Positions 1-8,845 of a stretch of 64,000 nt of DNA are shown here, piece by piece (position 1 is the first letter of the stretch; every line of letters starts with the position of its first letter). The position numbers and the translations under genes were made by a program. The notes beneath the pieces are model-generated. The model saw only the letters and a list, made by a program, of their open reading frames with translations. It had not been told where the DNA came from and ran no database searches. This DNA is from an uncultured Porphyromonadaceae bacterium (lineage in GTDB: Bacteria > Bacteroidota > Bacteroidia > Bacteroidales > Barnesiellaceae_A): NCBI GenBank assembly GCA_900538705.1, contig UPZG01000006.1, forward strand, positions 22,865-86,864, written 5' to 3'.

Positions 1-1627
1 GTAACGCTCCTTTGCTTTGTTCTTTGATAGCCATAGAGAAGTGAGTGGTAGTATTGCTGCCAATAGTAGTAGTCTGGTCTATGGTGAGGTCGTTTATCGT
101 ATTTCCGTCGGTATCGAGCGGAATAAGCTCCATGGAGAGATCTAAGGGTAAGGTGCTTATGGCATCTCCTTCCAAATCAATGCTTGTTGTTGTGCCGGAA
201 ATTTCCGAAAGGTCGAGGTTGAGCTGGGAGAATGTATCTTCGTAGTATAGTTGAATGTCATTCCCGAATGTGATGGGGACATTGATGTCATAATCTAACA
301 TAAGATTATATTCTGTCCCCAAAGTTAGGGTGAGGTCGCTTGCGGGGATGGTAGGTGTAGCGTAAGCCTTGATGAAGCGTGGAACGCGGTACATGAGAGC
401 TTCCAATCCGGGTATATATCCTTGTGTGCCGGCATAAGCATCGTCGTTGGAGATGACGATATGTTGGGTAGCCAAGGGCTCTATCGTAATAGGTTGTAGT
501 GTCTTTATAGGTTCACCCGATGTGCTGCCGTCAAGAAATTCGGAAGACAAATTTAAATCGGTGATAAGAGATCCGGGTGTATTGTTAGAGACGGTAAAGT
601 CAATCATAATAGATGTAAGATCGAGACAGGTCTTCTCGTTCTGGAGAAATTCGGGAAGGTCTTGTAGCTCATAAATATACTCTACGGGGTCGATGGTTTT
701 TTCAATACGGGCTGTAGTCTCGGCAATCGTAATGGCCGGCGATTCTGTACCTATAATCATCTTGAAGTCGGGGTCCCAATTGTCGCAGTTGAAGCGGTCG
801 GTAATGGTAATAGTGCCGCTATAAATGAGGTTGGTGTTGATAGTGATAGTACCGTCGTCTTGGGGTGCGGCAGCAGGTTCGAAAGTGGCCGAAATGATGT
901 GTAATGGAACTTGTTCGGTAAATGCCCCGTTGTTGCAATTGACGTAACGCGATATGTTGAGGAATCCCTCCTCATCAATGAGAACGTCGTTTTGCAAAGG
1001 TTCTATATGAAGTTCTTTGGGAAGTTTGAAGCGGAAGTCAAACTTGGCTTGCGTGATTTGTTTGGGAAATCCGTCAGATTGTAGTGTGACGGTGATATTT
1101 GTTTGCGTAGCCGGTTGAATAGAGCTTATACTGATAATCTCAGCAGGGACATCGGGAATGTCTAACGAAAATGACTCTGATTTTTCAGGAATTACGGCTG
1201 TAATTCCTTCTATCTCCAATCCCAGCTCCGGCAGCGGGCCTGAGGTGTATCCTGTAGCATCTAAAGCTTCTTGTAGTCCAGGAATCATGTATATGGACTC
1301 CAAGAAGTTGATACTAGCCTCCTCGAACGTAGGGGCAATGGGTGATAGCTCTACTGGAGGAATAGATACGGTTGCCTCTGTATTCCCATTGAAATGGATG
1401 GCATACCTGTTGTTACGCACTGTGAGAATGTCATTCTCTGGAATAAACTTAGTTAGATAAAATTTGGTCGTGTTTCCTACCGGGGCAGAAAGGCCGTTCT
1501 CGAAAAGTTGCATTTCGCCCGAAATTTTGTTGATGTCGTAGGTGTCATCGCAACCCGTTGTCATACAAACGGCACTTGCGATAAGTGATAGTGCCACTGA
1601 TTTTTTGATGAGATAGTTTGGTTTCAT
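1..1627 (-). CDS. hypothetical lipoprotein; the C-terminal part runs off the left edge of the window
   Basis: ATG at 1627-1625. Hand translation gives MKPNYLIKKSVALSLIASAVCMTTGCDDTYDINKISGEMQLFENGLSAPVGNTTKFYL..., a signal peptide with a lipobox-like Cys. The ORF track lists no stop-bounded ORF in this frame, so it stays open to position 1. A -7 box lies 33 nt upstream. Confidence 0.6.
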   Translation of the reverse strand, partial: MKPNYLIKKSVALSLIASAVCMTTGCDDTYDINKISGEMQLFENGLSAPVGNTTKFYLTKFIPENDILTVRNNRYAIHFNGNTEATVSIPPVELSPIAPTFEEASINFLESIYMIPGLQEALDATGYTSGPLPELGLEIEGITAVIPEKSESFSLDIPDVPAEIISISSIQPATQTNITVTLQSDGFPKQITQAKFDFRFKLPKELHIEPLQNDVLIDEEGFLNISRYVNCNNGAFTEQVPLHIISATFEPAAAPQDDGTITINTNLIYSGTITITDRFNCDNWDPDFKMIIGTESPAITIAETTARIEKTIDPVEYIYELQDLPEFLQNEKTCLDLTSIMIDFTVSNNTPGSLITDLNLSSEFLDGSTSGEPIKTLQPITIEPLATQHIVISNDDAYAGTQGYIPGLEALMYRVPRFIKAYATPTIPASDLTLTLGTEYNLMLDYDINVPITFGNDIQLYYEDTFSQLNLDLSEISGTTTSIDLEGDAISTLPLDLSMELIPLDTDGNTINDLTIDQTTTIGSNTTTHFSMAIKEQSKGAL

Positions 1628-1644
1628 CAGATTGATTATTGATG

Positions 1645-1661
1645 TGTGAAAATTTTTCACA
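1645..1661. promoter_or_regulatory. perfect 17-bp palindrome TGTGAAAATTTTTCACA, candidate operator
   Basis: Arms TGTGAAAA (1645-1652) and TTTTCACA (1654-1661) flank a central T. It overlaps the -7 box (1660-1667) of the minus-strand lipoprotein gene and lies in a divergent intergenic region. Confidence 0.45.
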
Positions 1662-1667
1662 AAGATA
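1660..1667 (-). promoter_or_regulatory. Bacteroides-type -7 promoter box TAtcTTTG
   Basis: The plus strand reads caaagata. It lies 33 nt upstream of the ATG at 1627. Confidence 0.45.
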
Positions 1668-1762
1668 AAACTTATAAGTGTAAATATAACATATGAGATG
1701 AGTTTATTTGTAATAATAGTGCAATTGAGCTGGGTTATGGTTGCCGATTGGTTTATTTATTT

Positions 1763-1770
1763 TAACTTTG
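1763..1770 (+). promoter_or_regulatory. -7 promoter box TAacTTTG
   Basis: Matches TAnnTTTG. It lies upstream of the 1786/1810 start codons. Confidence 0.4.
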
Positions 1771-1785
1771 TGGTAATGCCTTGCA

Positions 1786-2316
1786 ATGTTGGACGGTAAA
1801 ATGACAGTTATGAGAAAGAGTCTGTTTTATGTGACGATAGTAGCGATTCTGTTGCTGTGTATGGGTATAACCAGTGTAAGTGGAGCTGGTCGCCGTAATA
1901 GCGTTACCCGTAACGAAAAAAGTAATATGGAGGTAGTCGCACCGCCGCCATTGGCCATTGATAGCGCGCTCACACCGGCTATCCCCTTTACACCTCTTGC
2001 CGTTACGATGTATGGTTATGCCAAGCGGCTATCTGATGCGCGCGAAACGTTTGTTTTGCGTAATGAGACGGGCAATTATCGTATTTCAAGGGTGTTGCTG
2101 AAACTGGTATATTCTACACAAGATGGCAAGTCGTTCCATACGCGCGAAGAGTTGGTAGAGTGCGACCTTATGCCGGGTAGTTCGCGTATGGTATCGTTAA
2201 AGAGTTTCGACACGGCCAAGACCTATTATTATTACCAGTATCCACCGGTCAGAGCTGCTGGTATTCCTTATATGGTACGGTATGATGTATTACGATATGA
2301 TGTGGTAGTAGAGTAA
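1786..2316 (+). CDS. hypothetical secreted protein
   Basis: 176-aa ORF. The internal ATG at 1810 gives MRKSLFYVTIVAILLLCMGITSVSGAG, a typical signal peptide. It is the more likely start because a TAacTTTG box sits at 1763-1770. No family recognised. Confidence 0.55.
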   Translation: MLDGKMTVMRKSLFYVTIVAILLLCMGITSVSGAGRRNSVTRNEKSNMEVVAPPPLAIDSALTPAIPFTPLAVTMYGYAKRLSDARETFVLRNETGNYRISRVLLKLVYSTQDGKSFHTREELVECDLMPGSSRMVSLKSFDTAKTYYYYQYPPVRAAGIPYMVRYDVLRYDVVVE

Positions 2317-2490
2317 AGTAAAGAGGCTTATGTAGTGTCTTGTAGTACGTCCTATAAAAATAAGCCGGCGAGGCTGCATACTCAATCTTGCGATTGGTTG
2401 CGGCCTCGCCGTTGTATAGGGATGAGCCTGTCAATACATTGTCTTATGGCGGTAAAGTATCCATAGACGAGGATACAGGCATAGATGAGG

Positions 2491-3216
2491 TCAGAAAGTC
2501 TCTGTAACAATACGTATGTCGGGGTGCGAAGGCAAGGATGCAATTATCCATATTTTGCCGCCGCTTACTTTTTCTATCGACACTTTTTCACACAAGATAT
2601 ACTCAACGGTACTATTATTGTTGTCGCGCAGTGCTACGATACCGTTGCTCAGTGTGCCTCTTGTCGTGAAGTCGCCTTCGGCCGAAAGTCGCAGGAATTG
2701 GCCGGTCTCAGTGAAATAGAAACCGTAGGCGGTGGTGTTATCATCGCGTTCCCATCCCGATGCGTCGATACCTTTTTCGCACGAAACTTGTAGTCCGGGT
2801 GTCGTTTCGGTATTGAGCGTCTCGGCGAGCCAATTTTCTACACGAGGAGTGGCGTAGATAAGAAAGTCTTTTTGGGCAGCACTGCGCTCAATGGTGATTT
2901 TGCAGGAGAGTGACTCGTTGCCTTTGGTTACGGTAAGGGTACAAGTACCTACTTTCAGTCCTGTTACCGATATAGTTGCATCGCTGTTTTTGACGCACGT
3001 AGCGTTACTATTGTCGGTGCTTATGTCGAAGTCGGTCCCTCCCGAAACGGTTATGGTAGCTGTCTCGCCCTCTACAATAGTGAGAGCCTCGGGCTGTATG
3101 GCAAAGAGGTTGGCATTGATGCCTTTATCAGGAGTACAAGCCGTAAAAAGGGCAATGCTGGCAATGGTTGCTATGAGCCATGCGCAATGTCTATGGATGA
3201 TGTTGTGAAGATACAT
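2491..3216 (-). CDS. lipoprotein with a bacterial Ig-like (Big_2-type) domain
   Basis: 241 aa. The signal peptide ends ...IALFTAC (lipobox Cys). The segment LTIVEGETATITVSGGTDFDISTDNSNATCVKNSDATISVTGLKVGTCTLTVTKGNESLSCKITI resembles a Big_2 repeat. It starts 15 nt downstream of the nuclease gene on the same strand. Confidence 0.65.
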   Translation of the reverse strand: MYLHNIIHRHCAWLIATIASIALFTACTPDKGINANLFAIQPEALTIVEGETATITVSGGTDFDISTDNSNATCVKNSDATISVTGLKVGTCTLTVTKGNESLSCKITIERSAAQKDFLIYATPRVENWLAETLNTETTPGLQVSCEKGIDASGWERDDNTTAYGFYFTETGQFLRLSAEGDFTTRGTLSNGIVALRDNNNSTVEYILCEKVSIEKVSGGKIWIIASLPSHPDIRIVTETF

Positions 3217-3231
3217 AGTTGGGTCTGTTTT

Positions 3232-4602
3232 TTATTCGGTTATTACAACTCTTACTTTGCCTGTTATATGAGAGGTCTTGAATTGGATAGTGTGTGTGCC
3301 GGTCGTAAGGCTTGCAGGCGAGAAGGTGTTATCGGCAATTGGGTTGCCATCGATATACCATGTGACTGCCTCAGTGTTGTTGCGTAGAGCTAATAAGAAG
3401 TCGGGCGATGACTTGGAGTAGCTCGCTTTTAGGTTGTCGACCGATACTACTGCCGGCTCTACAGGCATACATAAGCCCCGTAGTTGTACTATTATATCGT
3501 CGGGCATATTGTCGCATTGCAATGTCAGTTGCGCCTCATGAAATCCGTATTCATTGGGGTGGAAGGTTATGCTGAAGGTTGCCCCTTCTGCGCATACAGC
3601 TTCGGGGTCGAGTTGCATAGGAGTAATGTCGAAACTGCTACTGTTGGTTCCACTCACATACAGGTATATGGGCGAGGTTATATATTCTCCTTTTACAGTG
3701 TAAGAAACAGTGTGGCTGCCACCCATAACCTCACTGCCGCAAGGTATTACGGTGCCCGATGTGATGTTGAGCTTAGAAGCTGCTGTGGCGGCTCCGCTAA
3801 AATGGAAGGCATATTCGGTAGAGTCGCCCCATATGTATTCGGCCAGTTGCGGATAGTCGATAAAAGGATTACGGTTGTATTGGAAGCTGTAAACTGCATT
3901 GTTGCGGTCAATCTCCTTCTTGCTCACGGGGTCTTGACGGTGCCATTTGAGTAGCAGCTCCTGCGAGTAATTGTTGAGAGTAGGGTAGGTGCCTGTAGTA
4001 AACATGTTAGGACCGGCCGATACCCATGTGTAGTCTTGGTAGCATGTGACAAAATACATGTACATGCGGGCAAAGTCGCCTTTGTATTCGTCGTGAGGCT
4101 CAAATACGTTGAATGGCATGCCGGTGGCTTTGCCTATTCGGGTGTATCCGTTGTCATACGATGGATTTCCTTCAACTTCGCCTAATGCGTAATTCGATTT
4201 GGCCGAATTGGCTTCAGCATCGGCCGGCACAAGATGGTGCAAATCGAAAGAGGCATCGACCGAATAAGGGTAGTCATCGCCCCACCAGCTTTTGGGTACG
4301 CTGTGTTCTATGTTCATATCGCGATGTGAGCCCGATGCCGGGAAGTAACGGACTATGCCCGAATACATGTCCCAGATAGAGCCGTCGGGGCGAATGTCGC
4401 TTTGGCGGAATACTACCCAAGTACCGTAAGCGCCATATTCTATGCGGACATGTTCTTTGATAAGTTTGTGTAGCTCGGTTTTCAAGTCACCACGGTTACG
4501 GCCTTCTATGTTGTCGGGATAGTAGTCGCGTGGCATGTCGGCACATACAGATGCCGTATAGAGCAGAGCTATGCTTGTCAATATACTCCGAAGGTTATGC
4601 AT
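3232..4602 (-). CDS. extracellular endonuclease I family nuclease with a C-terminal beta-sandwich-like extension
   Basis: Maximal ORF is 3232..4671. The ATG at 4602 (MHNLRSILTSIALLYTASVCA, a signal peptide) lies 39 nt below a TAtcTTTG box. Motifs NIEHSVPKSWWG and DLHHLVPADAEANSAKSN fit the Endonuclease_1 (EndA/NucM) family. Confidence 0.8.
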   Translation of the reverse strand: MHNLRSILTSIALLYTASVCADMPRDYYPDNIEGRNRGDLKTELHKLIKEHVRIEYGAYGTWVVFRQSDIRPDGSIWDMYSGIVRYFPASGSHRDMNIEHSVPKSWWGDDYPYSVDASFDLHHLVPADAEANSAKSNYALGEVEGNPSYDNGYTRIGKATGMPFNVFEPHDEYKGDFARMYMYFVTCYQDYTWVSAGPNMFTTGTYPTLNNYSQELLLKWHRQDPVSKKEIDRNNAVYSFQYNRNPFIDYPQLAEYIWGDSTEYAFHFSGAATAASKLNITSGTVIPCGSEVMGGSHTVSYTVKGEYITSPIYLYVSGTNSSSFDITPMQLDPEAVCAEGATFSITFHPNEYGFHEAQLTLQCDNMPDDIIVQLRGLCMPVEPAVVSVDNLKASYSKSSPDFLLALRNNTEAVTWYIDGNPIADNTFSPASLTTGTHTIQFKTSHITGKVRVVITE

Positions 4603-4640
4603 ATTTCTTTCTATATATGGTGTATCGTATTGAAATTCTG

Positions 4641-4648
4641 CAAAGATA
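4641..4648 (-). promoter_or_regulatory. -7 promoter box TAtcTTTG for the nuclease/Big_2 operon
   Basis: The plus strand reads caaagata. It lies 39 nt upstream of the ATG at 4602. Confidence 0.45.
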
Positions 4649-4662
4649 GTGAAAGTCACGAG

Positions 4663-4701
4663 CAGAGACAAATGAAAAAGATTTTTTCAGATTTGTCTCT
4701 G
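4663..4701 (-). terminator. hairpin downstream of the metF-PAS operon
   Basis: Arms CAGAGACAAAT and ATTTGTCTCTG (11 bp) flank an A/T-rich loop. Confidence 0.45.
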
Positions 4702-4832
4702 CCAGATTTAAAATAATGAGAGTTGCAGAAGCTTCCTGTGGTCTTATAGTTCCTATGTTCTATGCAATTTTTCTTTTTGTCTGTGACACGTTGTTGCAGT
4801 AGGGAGCTTCGCGGTATGTAATCGTTGTCGGG

Positions 4833-5177
4833 TTAGTCGCGTATGTAATGAGGCATTTCGTCGGGAATGACCATCGAAATCTCTACCATGCCACATATTT
4901 TACCGTCGACTCTCCAGGGTGTTTGATATATCATCTTTTTTACGCCATGCTTTTCTATTGTGTAGGCATTTGAGTGGCCGGTAGCAAGCATTTCTTTTAT
5001 CTTTTCTTGTGAGGCAACGCTGTGGCAGTCGAAGAGGTTGTGTCCTATCAGGTCGCCATGCTTGGCAAAAGTCTCTTTGGCTTTGTTGTTCATATACAAG
5101 ATGATGCCTTGGGCATCGCAGATGGTGATGGCACAGTTGGTGGCATCGTACCAACGGAGTTCGTTTGTGAGTTCCAT
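4833..5177 (-). CDS. stand-alone PAS domain protein
   Basis: 114 aa. AITICDAQGIILYMNNKAKETFAKHGDLIGHNLFDCH...WRVDGKICGMVEISM is a single PAS fold with no output domain. It starts 27 nt downstream of metF on the same strand. Confidence 0.7.
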   Translation of the reverse strand: MELTNELRWYDATNCAITICDAQGIILYMNNKAKETFAKHGDLIGHNLFDCHSVASQEKIKEMLATGHSNAYTIEKHGVKKMIYQTPWRVDGKICGMVEISMVIPDEMPHYIRD

Positions 5178-5204
5178 ATAGTTTGAGGTGTTAATGTTCT
5201 GATT

Positions 5205-6161
5205 TTAGTATACTGCGCGAGCTATTCGGGCTACACTGCGGGCTGCCATAAGCGAATAGAAGTGTATCGATGGTACTCCGTGGGCAATGAGCTCGCGAGC
5301 CTGCATGGTACACCACTCTACACCTACTTCGGTGGCCTCTTCGTTGTTCTTGCAGTGAGCCAGCTCGGTAGCAAGCGGGGTAGGCAGGTCTACATGAAAT
5401 ACTTTGGGCAAAGCAGTGAGCTGTGAGAGGAGATTGATAGGTTTTAGTCCCGGAACGATGGGCACGGTAATACCGTTTTCACGACAACGTTTTACGAAGG
5501 TGAAATATTTGTCGTTGTCGAAAAACATCTGTGTCACTACATATCCGGCACCCGCATCCACTTTCTCACGCAGACGGCGAATATCTTCGTCGAGGTTGGG
5601 CGCCTCGTCGTGTTTCTCGGGATATCCGGCGACGCCGTATTCAAAAGGTTGTGAAACAGATGCTTCCATCTGAGTTCCATCTAGAAGATAACCTTCGTTG
5701 AAACGGTTGATTTGTCGTGCCAGGTCGATGGCATGAGCATGGCCTCCCAACAAAGGGGTAAATTGTTTCTCGTGCTTGGCTTTGTCGCCTCGCAGTACCA
5801 GCAGGTTGTTGATGCCGAGAAATTGCAAATCTATAAGGGCATACTCGGTCTCGGTGGCTGTGAATCCACTACATATAAGGTGGGGTACGGCTGTGAGACC
5901 ATAGCGGTTTTGTATGGCGGCAGCCACGGCAACGGTGCCGGGGCGTACTCGCTCAGAGACGCGGCGAAACAGTCCGTCGGGAGTATCTTTATAGACCAGT
6001 TCGCTACGGTGTGAGGTGATGTTGACGTATGCCGGCTCAAACTCGCGCAGCATGTCGATGGTGGCAAAAGTGCGTTCTATAGAGCTGCCCCGCAGTGGAG
6101 GTAATATTTCAAAAGAGAATCCGGTATGTGGGGGATTTTGCAAAAATTCAGTAACAGACAT
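5205..6161 (-). CDS. metF: 5,10-methylenetetrahydrofolate reductase
   Basis: 318 aa. FSFEILPPLRG near the N-terminus, LLVLRGD and GYPEKH are MetF-family hallmarks. ATG start, with a TAtcTTTG box 30 nt upstream. Confidence 0.93.
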   Translation of the reverse strand: MSVTEFLQNPPHTGFSFEILPPLRGSSIERTFATIDMLREFEPAYVNITSHRSELVYKDTPDGLFRRVSERVRPGTVAVAAAIQNRYGLTAVPHLICSGFTATETEYALIDLQFLGINNLLVLRGDKAKHEKQFTPLLGGHAHAIDLARQINRFNEGYLLDGTQMEASVSQPFEYGVAGYPEKHDEAPNLDEDIRRLREKVDAGAGYVVTQMFFDNDKYFTFVKRCRENGITVPIVPGLKPINLLSQLTALPKVFHVDLPTPLATELAHCKNNEEATEVGVEWCTMQARELIAHGVPSIHFYSLMAARSVARIARAVY

Positions 6162-6190
6162 TTTGTATAGAGCTTAAAATTTTTCGGCCG

Positions 6191-6198
6191 CAAAGATA
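6191..6198 (-). promoter_or_regulatory. -7 promoter box TAtcTTTG for metF
   Basis: The plus strand reads caaagata. It lies 30 nt upstream of the metF ATG at 6161, which leaves no room for a riboswitch leader. Confidence 0.45.
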
Positions 6199-6400
6199 GC
6201 GAAAGGTGTGTGGAGAGGCAAACGAAACGCACAGTTTTTCAGTTTCAGTTATCTTCAATCATATTTAATTGTATAGGAGAGCGACCATATAATTGTAATC
6301 TTTATGATATTTTATATTTCATGTTTTGTTTTTGGCTTTTGAGGATGTTTTTAAGGCATATTTTGCATAAAAATAAATTTGTATAAAAGAAAGAAAGTGC

Positions 6401-6408
6401 TATTTTTG
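6401..6408 (+). promoter_or_regulatory. -7 promoter box TAttTTTG for dcp
   Basis: It lies 65 nt upstream of the ATG at 6473. Confidence 0.4.
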
Positions 6409-6472
6409 CAATTGGCGCAATGGCGCATGTGCTGTAGAGAGAATAATATAGTAACACAACACAATACACACA

Positions 6473-8569
6473 ATGAAAAAATTATTATTTCCAACCCTGA
6501 TTTGTTTGACGATGGTCGGATGTCAGAATGCAAAAGTAAACCCGTTTCTGAGCGGGTATGATACGCCTTTGGGCGTTCCTCCTTTCGAGCAAATAGAAAA
6601 CGAACACTATTTGCAGGCGTTTGAGGAAGGTATTAATCGCCACAATGTGGAGATTCAGGCTATTATCGATAATCCCGAAGCTCCTACGTTTGCCAATACT
6701 GTTGCTGCCCTCGACCTGAGCGGCAGAATGCTCAGCGATGTGAGCCTTGTATTTTTCAGCGTTTTGGAGGCCGAGAGTAACGATACCTTGCAACAGATAG
6801 CCGAGAAGGCTTCGGTAATGCTCTCGTCGCATAGCGATGATATGCTCATGAACGAGGCATTGTTTGAGCGCATCAAGCAAGTATATGACAATAAAGATAA
6901 AGAGTCGCTCAATGTGGAGCAACAAAGCCTCTTGGAGCGCTACTATAAAAATTTTGTACGTGCCGGTGCTTTGCTTACCGACGAGCAAAAAGCTCAGTTG
7001 CGCGATATAAACAGTGAACTGGCTACATTGGGCTTGCAATATAGCAATAACGTATTGGCCGAAAACAACGCTTTTGAACTTGTAATAGAGGACAAGGCCG
7101 ACCTTGCCGGGCTGCCCGAGAGCGTAGTAACTGCTGCCGCCGAGGCCGCAACTGCTGCAGGATATGAGGGCAAGTGGCTCTTTAACCTGTCGGCTCCCAG
7201 CCGTGTTCCTTTCTTGCAATATGCCGATAACCGCGACTTGCGTGAGAAACTCTATACGGCCTACATCATGCGTGGCGACAATGATAATGCCAACGATAAC
7301 AAGGAGATTGTGAAACGGATGTTGACCTTGCGTCTGGAAAAGGCTCGTCTGCTGGGCTTTGACACCTATGCCGCCTTTGCTCTCGACGACCGTATGGCAA
7401 AGACCGACTCGGCTGCCAATGCGTTGATGATGAATGTGTGGAAGTATGCCGTACCACGTGCCAAAGAGGAGATTGCCGACATGCAGCGTATCATAGACCG
7501 TGAGGGTGGAAACTTTAAGCTTGCCCCGTGGGATTGGGCATACTATGCCGAAAAGGTACGTCAGGAGAAGTATGCTGTCAACGAAGATGAGTTGAAGCCC
7601 TATTTCTCGGTCGATAACGTACGTGAAGGAGCCTTTATGGTGGCACAAAAACTATATGGCATTACTTTCAAGGAGCGTACCGACCTGCCCGTGTACCATC
7701 CTGATGTGAGAACCTTCGAGGTATTTGATGCCGAAGGTAAACATTTGGCCGTATTCTATTGCGACTATTTCCCCCGTGCCAGCAAGCGTAGCGGTGCTTG
7801 GATGAGCAATTTCCGCGAAGCCTATACGACGGCCGACGGTACCGATGTACGTCCCATCGTATATAATGTATGTAACTTTACGAAACCTACCGCCGATGAG
7901 CCTTCGTTGTTGAGTATCGAGGAGGTAGAGACGTTGTTCCACGAGTTTGGTCACGCACTGCACGGCATGCTCACCCGCATGCACTATCCGTCGGTGAGCG
8001 GTACTAACGTGGCTCGCGACTTTGTGGAGCTGCCTTCGCAGATAAACGAGCATTGGGCAACACATCCCGAGGTGCTGAAACTCTATGCCCGCCACTACAA
8101 AACGGGCGAGGTGATACCCGACTCGCTGATAGAGAAGATAGAACGTTCGTCGAAGTTCAACCAAGGCTTTGCCACCACCGAGTTCCTCGCTGCCGCTATC
8201 CTCGACATGCGCCTGCACGAGTTGACGGATTATAGCAACTTCGACGTGCGCGCTTTCGAGAAAGAGCTCGCTGCCGAGATAGGTCTTCCCGCCGAGATAT
8301 GCTACCGCTATCGCAGCACCCACTTCACGCACATTTTCGCTAACGACTACTGTGCTGGCTATTACAGCTACCTGTGGGCCGAGGTGCTCGATGCTGATGC
8401 CTTCGATGCTTTTGTAGAGCATGGCATCTTCGATAAGGCTACGGCCGACGCTTTCCGTACCAACATCCTCGAAAAAGGTTCCAGCGAAGAGCCTATGACC
8501 CTCTATGTGCGCTTCCGTGGCGCACAACCCAACCCCGACGCTTTGCTGCGCGGTCGCGGACTGAAATAA
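6473..8569 (+). CDS. dcp: M3 family peptidyl-dipeptidase (Dcp-like), lipoprotein signal
   Basis: 698 aa. HEFGHALHG zinc motif and M3 architecture. The N-terminus MKKLLFPTLICLTMVGC is a lipoprotein signal. Confidence 0.92.
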   Translation: MKKLLFPTLICLTMVGCQNAKVNPFLSGYDTPLGVPPFEQIENEHYLQAFEEGINRHNVEIQAIIDNPEAPTFANTVAALDLSGRMLSDVSLVFFSVLEAESNDTLQQIAEKASVMLSSHSDDMLMNEALFERIKQVYDNKDKESLNVEQQSLLERYYKNFVRAGALLTDEQKAQLRDINSELATLGLQYSNNVLAENNAFELVIEDKADLAGLPESVVTAAAEAATAAGYEGKWLFNLSAPSRVPFLQYADNRDLREKLYTAYIMRGDNDNANDNKEIVKRMLTLRLEKARLLGFDTYAAFALDDRMAKTDSAANALMMNVWKYAVPRAKEEIADMQRIIDREGGNFKLAPWDWAYYAEKVRQEKYAVNEDELKPYFSVDNVREGAFMVAQKLYGITFKERTDLPVYHPDVRTFEVFDAEGKHLAVFYCDYFPRASKRSGAWMSNFREAYTTADGTDVRPIVYNVCNFTKPTADEPSLLSIEEVETLFHEFGHALHGMLTRMHYPSVSGTNVARDFVELPSQINEHWATHPEVLKLYARHYKTGEVIPDSLIEKIERSSKFNQGFATTEFLAAAILDMRLHELTDYSNFDVRAFEKELAAEIGLPAEICYRYRSTHFTHIFANDYCAGYYSYLWAEVLDADAFDAFVEHGIFDKATADAFRTNILEKGSSEEPMTLYVRFRGAQPNPDALLRGRGLK

Positions 8570-8596
8570 CACGGCTTGCAACATAATAAACGACGC

Positions 8597-8634
8597 GCCC
8601 CTGCTGCGATATATGGCAGCAGGGGCGTATTTTA
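8597..8634 (+). terminator. rho-independent terminator of dcp
   Basis: Arms GCCCCTGCTGC and GCAGCAGGGGC (11 bp, GC-rich) are followed by GTATTTTAT. Confidence 0.7.
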
Positions 8635-8784
8635 TATGTATGCGTCTGTATGATTATAAGTTAGTCCGCAGTATGTGTTACTGTTACGAATAGACGTGGT
8701 TTACATCCTCTTTTATTATTCAATATAGATTGTTATGGATGTTTTACTGATAGTTCAACAGTCGATTGCGGTAGTGGCTTGTAA

Positions 8785-8829
8785 ACAGAAAGAGGTCATA
8801 CATATTTTTATTGCATGACCTCTTTCTGT
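8785..8829 (-). terminator. hairpin terminator of the small secreted-protein gene
   Basis: Arms ACAGAAAGAGGTCAT and ATGACCTCTTTCTGT form a 15-bp perfect stem, 17 nt beyond the stop at 8846. Confidence 0.6.
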
Positions 8830-8845
8830 TATTATTCATTGAATA

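Noticed and set aside
1645-1661. Calling the TGTGAAAATTTTTCACA palindrome a Rex operator because rex is in the window.
   Set aside because: Its half-site spacing is one nucleotide longer than the Rex consensus (TTGTGAA-N4-TTCACAA) as I remember it. I saw no similar box upstream of rex or of typical Rex targets in the window. It is kept only as an unassigned operator-like element.
6485-8584. Two very long antisense ORFs (387 and 310 aa) that together cover almost all of dcp in one frame, with a single stop at 7652-7654.
   Set aside because: The antisense frame is exactly codon-complementary to dcp (6485-6473 = 12). Its stops can therefore arise only from the sense codons TTA, CTA and TCA. dcp uses one of these only once in this span (CTA at 7652), so the open frame is a by-product of codon bias. 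The translations look like scrambled hydrophobic or basic text, have no recognisable motifs, and lack their own promoter boxes.
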